DNA of 43,306 nt from Candidatus Hadarchaeota archaeon. GTDB lineage: Archaea; Hadarchaeota; Hadarchaeia; Hadarchaeales; Hadarchaeaceae. A program made the position numbers and the translations under genes. Each line of letters opens with the position of its first letter. Position 1 is the first letter of the stretch. The stretch spans positions 1-43,306 of the forward strand of contig CAYSRF010000001.1 of the NCBI GenBank assembly GCA_964433595.1. The letters run 5' to 3'. Shown in pieces: positions 27,696 through 36,464 of the stretch. The notes under the pieces were generated by a model. That model saw nothing but the letters and a program-made list of their open reading frames with translations. It was not told the origin of the DNA and ran no database searches.

Positions 27696-28742
27696 TCACA
27701 AAATTTTCCCCACAATGGGTATTTCACGCCCGCATCTGGGACAACAATTTCCCTCCAAATTTATTTTGACTAATTCGAGCCCGAAGCGTTTGATGAGCAT
27801 CTCGCCACAGTTCGGACAATAAGTGTTCTCATACTGATGCCCGGGCACGTTGCCGAGGTAGACGAACTCGATGCCCTCCGACTTCGCTATGTCATGCGCT
27901 CGCTCGAGAGTGGAAACGGGTGTTGGTGGCGCGTCAAATTTGTAGGCCGGATAGTAAGATGTGAAATGTAGCGGGGTTTCTCTGCCCGCCTCGCGAAGGT
28001 GACGCTTGGCTAGTTCGCGCAGTTGCTCTTCCCCATCATTCACTCCGGAGATGATGAGATTGACTACCTCTACATGTATCCCAAACTTTTTTGCCTCGCG
28101 CACGTTTCTCCAGACGACTTCGACATCGGCCCCGCAATATTTGCGAACCGCCGCCGCATCGCCCTTAACGTCCATACACATCGCGTCCAGTCCAGCATCT
28201 TTTAGCATTCGCAGCGCCTCGAGCGTCATGTGGCCGTTGGTTACGTAAGTGTTGTAAAGTCCCCGCCCCTTGGCTAGCTTAAAGACATCAAGCGAGTACT
28301 CGAAGAGCAGCGTTGGCTCGTTGAACGAAATAGAGGTACCCTGACAGCGCTCTCGTAACACCTGCGCAACGAACTCCTCCGGGCTGAGGTAGTTGGCGAG
28401 CTTCGGATTTGGAGGTGACTTTGAGATGTTCCAGTTCTGACACCATGGGCAAGTAAAATTGCAAGAGTACGTACCAACAGTTAGCGCAACGCTCCCCGGC
28501 CAAAAATGATAGAAAGGCTTTTTCTCGATGGGATTCGCGGATATCGAAGAGATGTCACCGTAAACGAGCGTGTAGAGTTTGCCTTCGATGTTTTTCCGCG
28601 TCTTGCAGAAGCCGAGTGCATCTGGCTCGATCTTGCATCGCCGTTCGCAGAGGTTACATTGCACTCGTTTATTCGGCAATTCCTCGAATAGCAGCGCTTG
28701 CTTGATGGTAGGCCTCTCGGGTTCAGCCAATTTTATACCCAT
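27696..28742 (-). CDS. AmmeMemoRadiSam-system-type radical SAM enzyme (PFL-activase-like)
   Basis: N-terminal CNLCERRC...GFCKTRKN, IEKKPFYHFWPGS, radical SAM cluster CNFTCPWCQNWNIS, and a C-terminal CPNCG...CPRCG zinc ribbon. Confidence 0.75.
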   Translation of the reverse strand: MGIKLAEPERPTIKQALLFEELPNKRVQCNLCERRCKIEPDALGFCKTRKNIEGKLYTLVYGDISSISANPIEKKPFYHFWPGSVALTVGTYSCNFTCPWCQNWNISKSPPNPKLANYLSPEEFVAQVLRERCQGTSISFNEPTLLFEYSLDVFKLAKGRGLYNTYVTNGHMTLEALRMLKDAGLDAMCMDVKGDAAAVRKYCGADVEVVWRNVREAKKFGIHVEVVNLIISGVNDGEEQLRELAKRHLREAGRETPLHFTSYYPAYKFDAPPTPVSTLERAHDIAKSEGIEFVYLGNVPGHQYENTYCPNCGEMLIKRFGLELVKINLEGNCCPRCGREIPIVGKIL

Positions 28743-28764
28743 ACAAAATTGTATTTTTTAGCCT

Positions 28765-29820
28765 TTAACTAAGCACAACTGGCCTTTTGCCCAAAAATTC
28801 CGCCGCCGTTAGAACTTTCTTTCCTCGACGTTTGCCTTCATCCCATACCTCACGTGTCCACTCCTTAAACTTTGGTTCACGAGGCAAGTGATGGTCATAG
28901 ATCATTAACCGCACATCAGTTTTCCTAAGTATTCGCGTGGCGTTTGCTATTGCGCGATTCATGGTGGTACGGGTGGTGAGATAGCCAAACATGTAGGTCA
29001 TTGGGCCATCGAGAATGAGAACGTCAGGATTTTCCCGGATGATCCAGTTGGCATAATCCTCGATAATCGGACCGTCAAGATCAGAAGAATGAATCAGTTT
29101 CTCGCCCCCATACTCGATAACAGTTGCGAATACCCAGCCCACACGCGAGAACTCGATGCCGTGGAAGAGGGGCGGGGTGAACCTGAGCTTGGTGCGCCCA
29201 AATTTGAATTTTTTACCCGCGGGAAATTTGACCTTTATATCTCTAAACTTAAGCTCAGGTATCACTTTAGCGGAGTTCCATTTTTGGGCACGCCTTTTAA
29301 ACCACTTGAGCCCCTTTCTGAACAACTCCCTCCGTCTTTGATCGTAATCTCCGAAGCTCTTGTCTCGAGCGCGGGGAATCTCATCAAGCGGATTTCCATA
29401 TGACTTCCGCTCTCGCTTCTGCAGCATGTCATTAAGACCGACCTTACCAAAGGAGCGGCATAGATTGTCGAAGAAATGCTCGGCTCGCCCTCGTTGGGAA
29501 TCATTGATGTGGTCGTTGGGATTCTTCACCAGTAGGAGTTTGCCCTTGTAGAGTCCGCGGTCGAAGTCGGTGAAATGGTCGTAGTGATAATGGGAGATTA
29601 CGACTAGGTTCGCCTTGCGGCTCGCCTTCTTAATAGCGCGCATTCCCTGAGCTTCCCAGTAAAGCTTTTTCGCCCATGATGCCGGAAAGCTGGGCTGCAT
29701 CACCGCGACCCCTGGATCAATAAGTACGCTGACATCAGGTGTTTTGACTAGGGTGCAGGACGACTTCGCGCCAAGCGAGTCAAACCACACAGGTTTAAAA
29801 TCAATTTTCACGTGACTCAC
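28765..29820 (-). CDS. MBL-fold metallo-hydrolase
   Basis: LVVISHYHYDHF (HxHxDH) after LIDPG. 351 aa. GTG start. Confidence 0.7.
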   Translation of the reverse strand: MSHVKIDFKPVWFDSLGAKSSCTLVKTPDVSVLIDPGVAVMQPSFPASWAKKLYWEAQGMRAIKKASRKANLVVISHYHYDHFTDFDRGLYKGKLLLVKNPNDHINDSQRGRAEHFFDNLCRSFGKVGLNDMLQKRERKSYGNPLDEIPRARDKSFGDYDQRRRELFRKGLKWFKRRAQKWNSAKVIPELKFRDIKVKFPAGKKFKFGRTKLRFTPPLFHGIEFSRVGWVFATVIEYGGEKLIHSSDLDGPIIEDYANWIIRENPDVLILDGPMTYMFGYLTTRTTMNRAIANATRILRKTDVRLMIYDHHLPREPKFKEWTREVWDEGKRRGKKVLTAAEFLGKRPVVLS

Positions 29821-29965
29821 ACATGACTTACTTTCTCTTTAAATTAGTTCTTTAAAATCTTTAATTCATCTTAAATTTCGCGTTTTAATTTTTCGGAACA
29901 AGTTGCTTTTAAGGTTAGGGTTTGTTATACTATTCCTCGATGAAAAATGTTTATGCGCGATTCAT

Positions 29966-30901
29966 TCACTTGCGGATATAGTCCAGCCAGAATTCGTACT
30001 TAGGCTCCTTCCCACGGACAGCGTTGAAGAATATTCGCTGAAGCTTCTCCGTAATGGGCCCGCGCTTCCCGCCCCCTATGAGCTTGCCATCCACCTCACG
30101 GATCGGTGTCACCTCAGCAGCAGTACCTGTAAAGAAAGCCTCGTCTGCTGCGTAAAGCTCATTCGGCTTGAAGTCCTGCTCCTCGAAGCTTATCCCTTCA
30201 TCGCTGGCGATTTTTATTATCGAGTCCCGAGTTATCCCCACAAGTGCCCCCGAGGACACCCGGGGAGTCATGAGCTTACCGTTCTTCACTATGAACACGT
30301 TTTCTCCCGGGCCCTCCGCAACATATCCATCGATGTTTAAGAGAATCGCCTCATCGTACCCTGAATTGAGCGCATCTACCTTCGCGAGGATCGAGTTCGC
30401 GTAGTTGGCCACCACCTTGGACTGAGGGGGAAGGATACGCGGGTGGGTCCGAAGCCAAGGCGAAATTTTAGCTCGGATGCCGCGCTCGAGTCCCTCCTCT
30501 CCGAGGTAGGTACCCCAAGGCCAGACTGCTATTGCCACCTTAACCTTGGAGCCTGCGGGGTTCAGTCCCATTACGCCGTAGCCATAAAAGGCGATGGGGC
30601 GAATGTAACATTCCTCAATTTCGTTTGCTTTTATCGTTTGCTTGACTCCTTTTACCAGCTCCTTGACCGAGTAAGGGAGCTTCATCCCCACGAGCTTCCC
30701 CGAGTTTTCGAGCCGGCTGATGTGGTCCTTGAGCCTGAAGATCGCTGGACCTTTCGCAGTTTTGTAGCAGCGAATGCCCTCGAAGACGCCCAACCCATAG
30801 TGTAAGGTGTGGGTGAGCACATGCACGTTTGCCTTTTCCCAAGGGACGAGCTTTCCATCCATCCAAATGAACTTCGTAGGGGTTAACGCCATCTGCCTCA
30901 C
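29966..30901 (-). CDS. ilvE: Branched-chain amino acid aminotransferase
   Basis: IWMDGKLVPWEKANVHVLTHTLHYG, FEGIRCY, YIRP, GITRDSIIKIA and FFTGTAAEVTPI are the class IV aminotransferase motifs. The start is the GTG at 30901 or the ATG at 30892. Confidence 0.9.
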   Translation of the reverse strand: MRQMALTPTKFIWMDGKLVPWEKANVHVLTHTLHYGLGVFEGIRCYKTAKGPAIFRLKDHISRLENSGKLVGMKLPYSVKELVKGVKQTIKANEIEECYIRPIAFYGYGVMGLNPAGSKVKVAIAVWPWGTYLGEEGLERGIRAKISPWLRTHPRILPPQSKVVANYANSILAKVDALNSGYDEAILLNIDGYVAEGPGENVFIVKNGKLMTPRVSSGALVGITRDSIIKIASDEGISFEEQDFKPNELYAADEAFFTGTAAEVTPIREVDGKLIGGGKRGPITEKLQRIFFNAVRGKEPKYEFWLDYIRK

Positions 30902-30982
30902 AACACAATTTCTCCGCTGCTTTATAATGATATCCTGAAAAGAACAGCACTAACCGCGAAGTTTTCTAAGACTTCTCTGTTA

Positions 30983-32044
30983 CTACAATATTTCACCCAA
31001 GGTCCGAAGCATTTCGTCTACATCTTCGAGGCGGATGTATCCCATGTTCCCTATCCTGAAGGTCCGCTCCTTCAGCTCACCGTATCCTTTTGCCAGCTCG
31101 AACCCGCGCTCGCGCATTCGCTCGTACACATCAAGGCCGCTGATACCCTTTGGAGCATTCACACATGCGACCGTTGGGCTCTCATATCCTTTCTGCGGGA
31201 AGAGTGACAGGCCTAGGGCCTCGACACCCTCCTTTATCTTTCGACTTCGCTTAGAATAGAGCTCGAAGCGTTTTCGCTTACCGCCTTCAGTTTCAATCAG
31301 CTCCAACTCTTTGTTGAGCGCGAGGATTTGTGGGATCGTAGGTGTCATGTGTGTGCTGCTCTGTTCTTTCTGATACCTTTCATAGAGCTTGAAGTCGAAG
31401 TACCACCCTTTATTCTTAGCTCGGTCCGACTGCTGCAGAGCCTCCTCGCTCACGCTCGCGACGGCCAGTCCCGGAGGGATTCCAAAACACTTCTGAGAGC
31501 TCGTGAAGCACACATCTATCCCCCACTCGTCGATCTTCAGCTCGACCCCACCTATCGCGCTGACCGCGTCGACAAACAGGAGCTTTCCGTGCTTCTTCAC
31601 AATTTTGGCCAGTTCGGGAAGCGGATTCAGTAGCCCAACGCTTGTCTCGTTGTAGGTTATGGCGACGGCTTCGATATCTGGGCTCGATGAAAGTTTTTTA
31701 TCGAGGGGCTTGGGTATGATCGGTTCACCCAGTTTCGCCTCAAGTCGTTCGACCTCCTTTCCGTTCGATTCTCCCACGCGAGCGTACCGCTTCCCGAATT
31801 CCCCGGTGATGCAGCATAACATTTTTCGTTCAACACAGTTCCGGACTGTGGCCTCCATCACACCCGACCCGGAGCTAGGGAAAAGGAATACTTGATTCTT
31901 GGTTTCAAGAAATCGTTGCAGCCGCTCAACGGTTTGTCGATGCAGTTCTCTGTATTCCTTACTCCGATGGCTGAACATCTGGCGGCGCATTTCCTCAAGG
32001 ACCTCGGGTCGGCAGGCGACCGGTCCGACTGTAAAGAGTTTCAC
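30983..32044 (-). CDS. Class V aminotransferase (serine-pyruvate / alanine-glyoxylate / phosphoserine aminotransferase-like)
   Basis: 353 aa. GSGVMEA, LLFVDAVSA, and SSQKCFGIPPGLA (the PLP-Lys motif). Confidence 0.8.
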   Translation of the reverse strand: MKLFTVGPVACRPEVLEEMRRQMFSHRSKEYRELHRQTVERLQRFLETKNQVFLFPSSGSGVMEATVRNCVERKMLCCITGEFGKRYARVGESNGKEVERLEAKLGEPIIPKPLDKKLSSSPDIEAVAITYNETSVGLLNPLPELAKIVKKHGKLLFVDAVSAIGGVELKIDEWGIDVCFTSSQKCFGIPPGLAVASVSEEALQQSDRAKNKGWYFDFKLYERYQKEQSSTHMTPTIPQILALNKELELIETEGGKRKRFELYSKRSRKIKEGVEALGLSLFPQKGYESPTVACVNAPKGISGLDVYERMRERGFELAKGYGELKERTFRIGNMGYIRLEDVDEMLRTLGEIL

Positions 32045-32108
32045 GTTACCCCCATCACATTGTAAAGTACCAAAGTTTGCAATTTTATTTCTTCATGCGA
32101 ATGAAGCT

Positions 32109-33389
32109 TCATCGCTTTTCCTTTAAGTAATTGTCGACCATCTTGATAGCGCATAGCTTCGAGCACATACTGCAGGTCTTTGGATCAATTGCTGGTGGCC
32201 TTCTTTGCCTGAGTTCTTTGGCTTTTTCGGGGTCGATTGCCAGTTCGAATTGTTTAGCCCAATCCAGCTCTTTCCGCGCCTTTGCCATGTCATCGTCGCG
32301 CTGAACGCCGATGCCCTTGACGATATCAGCCACATGAGCAGCGATTTTTGTGGCGACAACACCTTCCTTCACGTCCTCGATGCTCGGCAGGCAAACGTGC
32401 TCGGCGGGGGTCAGGTAACAGAGAAAATCGGCTCCAGCCCAAGCCGAAATTGCTCCTCCAATAGCCCCAACAAGGTGATCATACCCCGGAGCGATGTCAG
32501 TAACGACGGGCCCTAGCACGTAAAAGGGAGCGCCCTTACATACGTTTTTCTCGATCCTAACGTTTGCCTCGATGTGATCAAGTGGTAAGTGTCCGGGACC
32601 CTCGACCATCACTTGTACATCCTTTGCCCAAGCTCGCTCAACCAGCTTGCCGAGCGTTAAAAGTTCCTGAAACTGCGCCAAGTCAGAAGCATCGGCTAAA
32701 CAACCGGGGCGCATCCCATCGCCCAAACTTAGCGTCAGATCAAACTCGCGCGCAAGTTCAAGCAGATAATCAAATTCTTTGTAAAGCGGGTTCTCCTCGC
32801 CGTGATGAATGATCCACGCGGCTAGGAAAGAGCCACCGCGGCTGACGACATCAAGCAGACGCCCGCTCCGCTTTAAGGCTTCAACTGCCGCCTTGGTTAC
32901 ACCGCAGTGTACGGTCACGAAATCGACGCCGTCTTCGGCATGCTTTCGGATAGCGTTGAAAATATCGTCAGAACTCATGTTTACAACACTCCCTCGCTTT
33001 GCAGCCTCGATGCCCGCTTGGTAAATCGGCACCGTTCCAATCGGCACGTTTATCGCATGAAGAATGCGCCGTCTAATCTCGTCGATGTCACCACCTGTGC
33101 TAAGGTCCATCAGCGTGTCGGCTCCATACTTCACCGCGATTTTTGCTTTCTCGACTTCTTCATCGATGTCCGCGTAATCAGGAGAAGTGCCCACATTTGC
33201 ATTGATCTTTGTACGCAACCCCTCCCCTATACCTCTGGGCTCGATGTTTTCGCGCCTGAGGTTGCGGGGGATAATTAATTTACCTGTGGCCAGCTTTCGC
33301 ATTATGTAATCAGTAGATTTGCCCTCAGCCTTCGCGACCACATCCATCTCAGGTGTTGCCGTGCCCCGCTTGGCTTCCGTCATCTGCAT
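32109..33389 (-). CDS. thiC: Phosphomethylpyrimidine synthase ThiC
   Basis: DTLMDLSTGG, VTVHCG, MVEGPGHLPL and the C-terminal CSMCSKLCAIK cluster. The start is placed at ATG 33389 after an AGAGGG SD. The listed ORF starts at TTG 33407. Confidence 0.9.
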   Translation of the reverse strand: MQMTEAKRGTATPEMDVVAKAEGKSTDYIMRKLATGKLIIPRNLRRENIEPRGIGEGLRTKINANVGTSPDYADIDEEVEKAKIAVKYGADTLMDLSTGGDIDEIRRRILHAINVPIGTVPIYQAGIEAAKRGSVVNMSSDDIFNAIRKHAEDGVDFVTVHCGVTKAAVEALKRSGRLLDVVSRGGSFLAAWIIHHGEENPLYKEFDYLLELAREFDLTLSLGDGMRPGCLADASDLAQFQELLTLGKLVERAWAKDVQVMVEGPGHLPLDHIEANVRIEKNVCKGAPFYVLGPVVTDIAPGYDHLVGAIGGAISAWAGADFLCYLTPAEHVCLPSIEDVKEGVVATKIAAHVADIVKGIGVQRDDDMAKARKELDWAKQFELAIDPEKAKELRQRRPPAIDPKTCSMCSKLCAIKMVDNYLKEKR

Positions 33390-33480
33390 AATTTTCCCTC
33401 TATACAAATTGCGTGCCCGGAGTTGAAAAAGCTTTCAATTTATTAAGTTCTTATATTCACGTATAATTGGAGGTGGTAAG

Positions 33481-33732
33481 ATAGCAATTCAAGTTGTCAA
33501 ACAAGATGGCAAGACCGAGCCATTTCAACGCCAGAAGATAGTCAATGCTTGCACTGCTGTTGGGGCACCAGCAGATGTTGCAGCTAGCATCGCTGACGAA
33601 GTCGAGAAGTCAGCGCGCGACCAAATGCCGACGAGCGAGATAAAAACGATGGTCTTGGACAGGCTTGGCAAGATAAAGCAGGATTGGGTAAATAACTGGG
33701 CGCAGTACGAGAAGAGTTCTAAACAACGTTAA
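33481..33732 (+). CDS. Stand-alone ATP-cone domain protein; no canonical start codon (putative ATA/ATT initiation)
   Basis: Not in the ORF track. The frame is open from 33427 to the TAA at 33730-33732. Translation is IAIQVVKQDGKTEPFQRQKIVNACTAVGAPADVAASIADEVEKSARDQMPTSEIKTMVLDRLGK...YEK, a clear ATP-cone pattern (VxKRDGxxExFxxxKI). A strong GGAGGTGGT SD at 33469-33477 lies 3-5 nt before the ATA at 33481. There is no ATG, GTG or TTG in frame upstream of the domain. Confidence 0.6.
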   Translation: MAIQVVKQDGKTEPFQRQKIVNACTAVGAPADVAASIADEVEKSARDQMPTSEIKTMVLDRLGKIKQDWVNNWAQYEKSSKQR

Positions 33733-35381
33733 CTTCGTTAACGCTGTCCAGTTTGACGCTAATTGATGGCGGAGGGTTAACTCTATGCCCTCTAGCTCGT
33801 GGCTCATCTCCATGACATTCACCGCCGAGCAGCAAGCTCAACCTCGGCTTCGAGGTAGCAACGGTGTGGGGTGTGACCCGCTTATCAAGGGTACTACTTC
33901 CCTTTGCATCCCTACCCAGCATCCTTCCATCGGTACCGGAGCAGGGCCTCAGGAGTTCGTGCCGATGACCGCGAAATGATGAGATAATTTTTCTAGCATA
34001 CGCGCGATGCTTGGGGATTTGTTTGAGTTGCTCCTCACTCAACCTTTCGCTATACCCCAGCGCACGTCTTGCCAGCACAAGGGCAGCAAGCTGATGGCCG
34101 TTGAACCGCGAGAATTGCTTGTCATACTTCAGCCCGCCAGCTATCGAAGAATAGCTCGCATTCACCTCCGCGCAGATCCATTCGAGCTTAAGTGTCTGCA
34201 GCCTTATCAGCTCGAGCAGCTTTCTGCTGAGGAAGTTCGCCTTCGCGCGGTTGGCGCGATGGTTGCTCTCGATCGCCATCCCCAAATGTAGCTTTTCCAC
34301 CACGATCGCGTTACACCCATATCCCTTGATCCACCTGAAAGCGCGCTTGATGAGGTTCGCGGCCAGCCACGAGCGCTTCTCCGCGCGGGCGTGGACCAAG
34401 GCTGGCTCGCGGAACCAGCGCGTCGCGAACAGGTTGCCGTCGCTCGAAACGATTGTCACAGCCAAGCCCTCGGGATTAACATCGATGCCTGCTACGCGCT
34501 TTCCGTTCCACTCGCACAAAAACGTTTCATTGACCTCAAACGAGATCATGGCTTGATAGTTCCGCTCGGTCCGCTTCACACGCACCGAATACGCGACCCC
34601 AGATGCAAGCGCGGCGTCGAGCAGGCGTCGACAGTAACTTGGGACGACCAGTTCGACTTCAAAATCTCCCCCCAGCCAGTTGCGTACCTCAATTGCATAT
34701 TCGTCCTCACATTTGACAATTCTCGTGTTTGCGTTTCCATTCTGGTTGGCCTGCCCTACACTAAAGAACTGGCCTGACCGCTTTAGCCGCCATTCCTTGC
34801 GTGAGCCCTTACCCTTCGACAGTTCTTCGAACAATTTTCTGGAGCCGAACACGGCGCGAGGCACGGTTCTGGCGACAAGATGCTTTTCCATCGCCACGCG
34901 CTTGCGTTCCAGCTTCTCGATGCGTGCTTTGTATCCCCTACGTTTTAGCGGATCTGCAACGCGATTCATCCTTCGCTTAACGCGGGCGAGTTTCTCATCA
35001 TACATCTCGACGTATAGTGGCAACAACTCACGTTGCGATTGAATGACGCTTTGAGCTTGCTTGATCGCCCACTGACACCAGCGCCAGTTTTCGATGCCAT
35101 GTCGCGCTTGGAGCAGCCTCACGATTTCGCCCGTTTTCTTGCCCTTGATCAGGCGGTTATAGGTGGTGCGAACCATCGAGGAGAACGTTCGACAAATGGT
35201 GTTGAGACTCGCCTCGTTGCCAGACGGATTGATGAGTGCTCTGACCGCATACTGCAACCCGATCACCTTTCCAGCCTTGACTTTGCAGCCCCCCTTAAGC
35301 GATTTGCCCACAGAGGTCACCGAAAGTATTGATACTAATGTAACAAATTTACCAGCTGCCATGGTCTTAGCGTTGTTTAGA
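33718..35381 (-). mobile_element. Single-ORF insertion-sequence-like element with 15-bp terminal inverted repeats carrying a TnpB/OrfB-like gene
   Basis: TCTAAACAACGTTAA at 33718-33732 versus the reverse complement of 35367-35381 (TCTAAACAACGCTAA), a 14/15 match. Each lies within 5 nt of the ORF termini. No target-site duplication was seen. Confidence 0.55.
33719..35362 (-). CDS. TnpB/OrfB_IS605-like RuvC-fold protein (atypical: no zinc ribbon, third catalytic Asp not evident)
   Basis: 547 aa. N-terminal ...TTYNRLI and PRAVFGSRK blocks. RuvC-I-like VAGIDVNPEGLAV. RuvC-II-like NAIVVEKL. Then FLSRKLLELIRLQTLKLEWICAEVNASYSSIAG, which resembles xVxPxYTSxxC. The CxxC...CxxC ribbon is absent, and the ADxNAAxNI block reads NGHQLAALVLA. 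The last roughly 100 aa are compositionally odd. Confidence 0.6.
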   Translation of the reverse strand: MAAGKFVTLVSILSVTSVGKSLKGGCKVKAGKVIGLQYAVRALINPSGNEASLNTICRTFSSMVRTTYNRLIKGKKTGEIVRLLQARHGIENWRWCQWAIKQAQSVIQSQRELLPLYVEMYDEKLARVKRRMNRVADPLKRRGYKARIEKLERKRVAMEKHLVARTVPRAVFGSRKLFEELSKGKGSRKEWRLKRSGQFFSVGQANQNGNANTRIVKCEDEYAIEVRNWLGGDFEVELVVPSYCRRLLDAALASGVAYSVRVKRTERNYQAMISFEVNETFLCEWNGKRVAGIDVNPEGLAVTIVSSDGNLFATRWFREPALVHARAEKRSWLAANLIKRAFRWIKGYGCNAIVVEKLHLGMAIESNHRANRAKANFLSRKLLELIRLQTLKLEWICAEVNASYSSIAGGLKYDKQFSRFNGHQLAALVLARRALGYSERLSEEQLKQIPKHRAYARKIISSFRGHRHELLRPCSGTDGRMLGRDAKGSSTLDKRVTPHTVATSKPRLSLLLGGECHGDEPRARGHRVNPPPSISVKLDSVNEVNVV

Positions 35382-35440
35382 TTATTTATGAAGTTAAACG
35401 TTTTAGTTAAGCAATTTACAAGACCAAGTGGTGGGGTAGG

Positions 35441-36241
35441 ATGAAGTCTAGCGTTATTGCCCTTCTTACCGATTTAGGGGCTAAAGATTACTTTGTCGGA
35501 GCAATCAAGGGCGCGATCCTCTCGGTGAATCCTGACGCTAAGATCGTTGACATCACCCATGAGGTACCGAAGTACGACGTTCGGGGAGCAGCACTCATCC
35601 TCACGCAGGCCGCGGAGGCGTTTCCAAAAGGCACAATTTTTATCACCGTTGTCGATCCCGGCGTTGGGACCGATCGAAAGTGCGTGCTACTCAAGACTAA
35701 GAATGAGTTATTTTTCATCGCCCCCGACAACGGAGTTCTGACACTCGTAGCCGAGCAGCTTGGAGTCGCCGAACTTTACGAGATAGCAAATCGAAAGCTG
35801 ATGATGCCGGAGATCTCGCCAACTTTCCACGGGCGCGACATCATGGCTCCCGTCGCTGCCCACCTGAGCCTTGGCGTCAAACCCAGCGAAGTCGGGCCTG
35901 AACTAAAAGGGATAAAACTGCTTAAACTCCCGCGACCAACGGCGACTGAAACAGAAATGCGGGGGCACATCATGAGTGTAGACGATTTCGGAAACTTGGT
36001 GACAAACATCGACGCGTCCACGATCTCAAAATTCGCGAGGGTAGGCGAGAACCTAGTCGTGGCGGTAGCGAACAAAATGTTGACCGTGAAGTTCGCCAGC
36101 ACCTTCGGCGAGGTAAGGCTTGGTGGGTATCTCTGCTACGTCGGAAGCTCGGGGATGCTCGAGCTGGCCAAAAACATGGGCAACTTAGCTAACGAGCTGA
36201 AGATTAAAATTGGGGACGAACTCACCATACAGAAGATTTGA
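35441..36241 (+). CDS. SAM hydroxide adenosyltransferase family protein (DUF62; fluorinase/chlorinase-like fold)
   Basis: IALLTDLGAKDYFVGAIKGAILSVNPDAKIVDITHEVPKYDV..., VVDPGVGT and FHGRDIMAPVAA are the conserved DUF62 blocks. Confidence 0.8.
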   Translation: MKSSVIALLTDLGAKDYFVGAIKGAILSVNPDAKIVDITHEVPKYDVRGAALILTQAAEAFPKGTIFITVVDPGVGTDRKCVLLKTKNELFFIAPDNGVLTLVAEQLGVAELYEIANRKLMMPEISPTFHGRDIMAPVAAHLSLGVKPSEVGPELKGIKLLKLPRPTATETEMRGHIMSVDDFGNLVTNIDASTISKFARVGENLVVAVANKMLTVKFASTFGEVRLGGYLCYVGSSGMLELAKNMGNLANELKIKIGDELTIQKI

Positions 36242-36400
36242 ATGGTATAAGCGTGGATTTAAAAATTTATTAGACGGTATGTATTTAGCTTGCGTGCTAA
36301 AACCAAAAATTTAGCTACCCTGAAAATCCCAGCAGTGTGCGTTTTTTTATCGGCCCGAAACTCGATGGGCATTGGGAGATTTTTGAGGCCGGGCAACGTG

Positions 36401-36418
36401 ATGTCACAGGTGTGACAT
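36401..36418. promoter_or_regulatory. Palindrome ATGTCACA-GG-TGTGACAT
   Basis: 8-bp perfect arms. It lies downstream of the TA operon and is related to the two CAGCTG-centred palindromes nearby. Confidence 0.5.
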
Positions 36419-36464
36419 GTGCCAAAGACTGAAGCACACTTTCCGGTCATGCTGGTTCCATGCC

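Noticed and set aside
28359-28369. CACCTGCGCAA, an 11-nt match to the 21-bp repeat, inside the radical SAM gene
   Set aside because: It is a half-site only, with no palindromic partner. It lies within a coding region, and a match of that length is compatible with chance in a window of this size.
29903-30340. 145-aa plus-strand ORF
   Set aside because: It is antisense to the 3' part of ilvE and runs into the A/T-rich promoter region. No supporting motif or SD.
33390-33480. TPP riboswitch upstream of thiC
   Set aside because: The leader is only about 75-90 nt. It lacks the conserved CUGAGA and ACCUGAU-type elements on the thiC strand, and it looks like a plain divergent promoter region.
36259-36450. 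63-aa minus-strand ORF downstream of the TA operon
   Set aside because: It runs across the ATGTCACAGGTGTGACAT palindrome, has no SD, and has an implausible Cys/His/Thr-rich N-terminus. The region is better explained as non-coding regulatory or cassette-end sequence.
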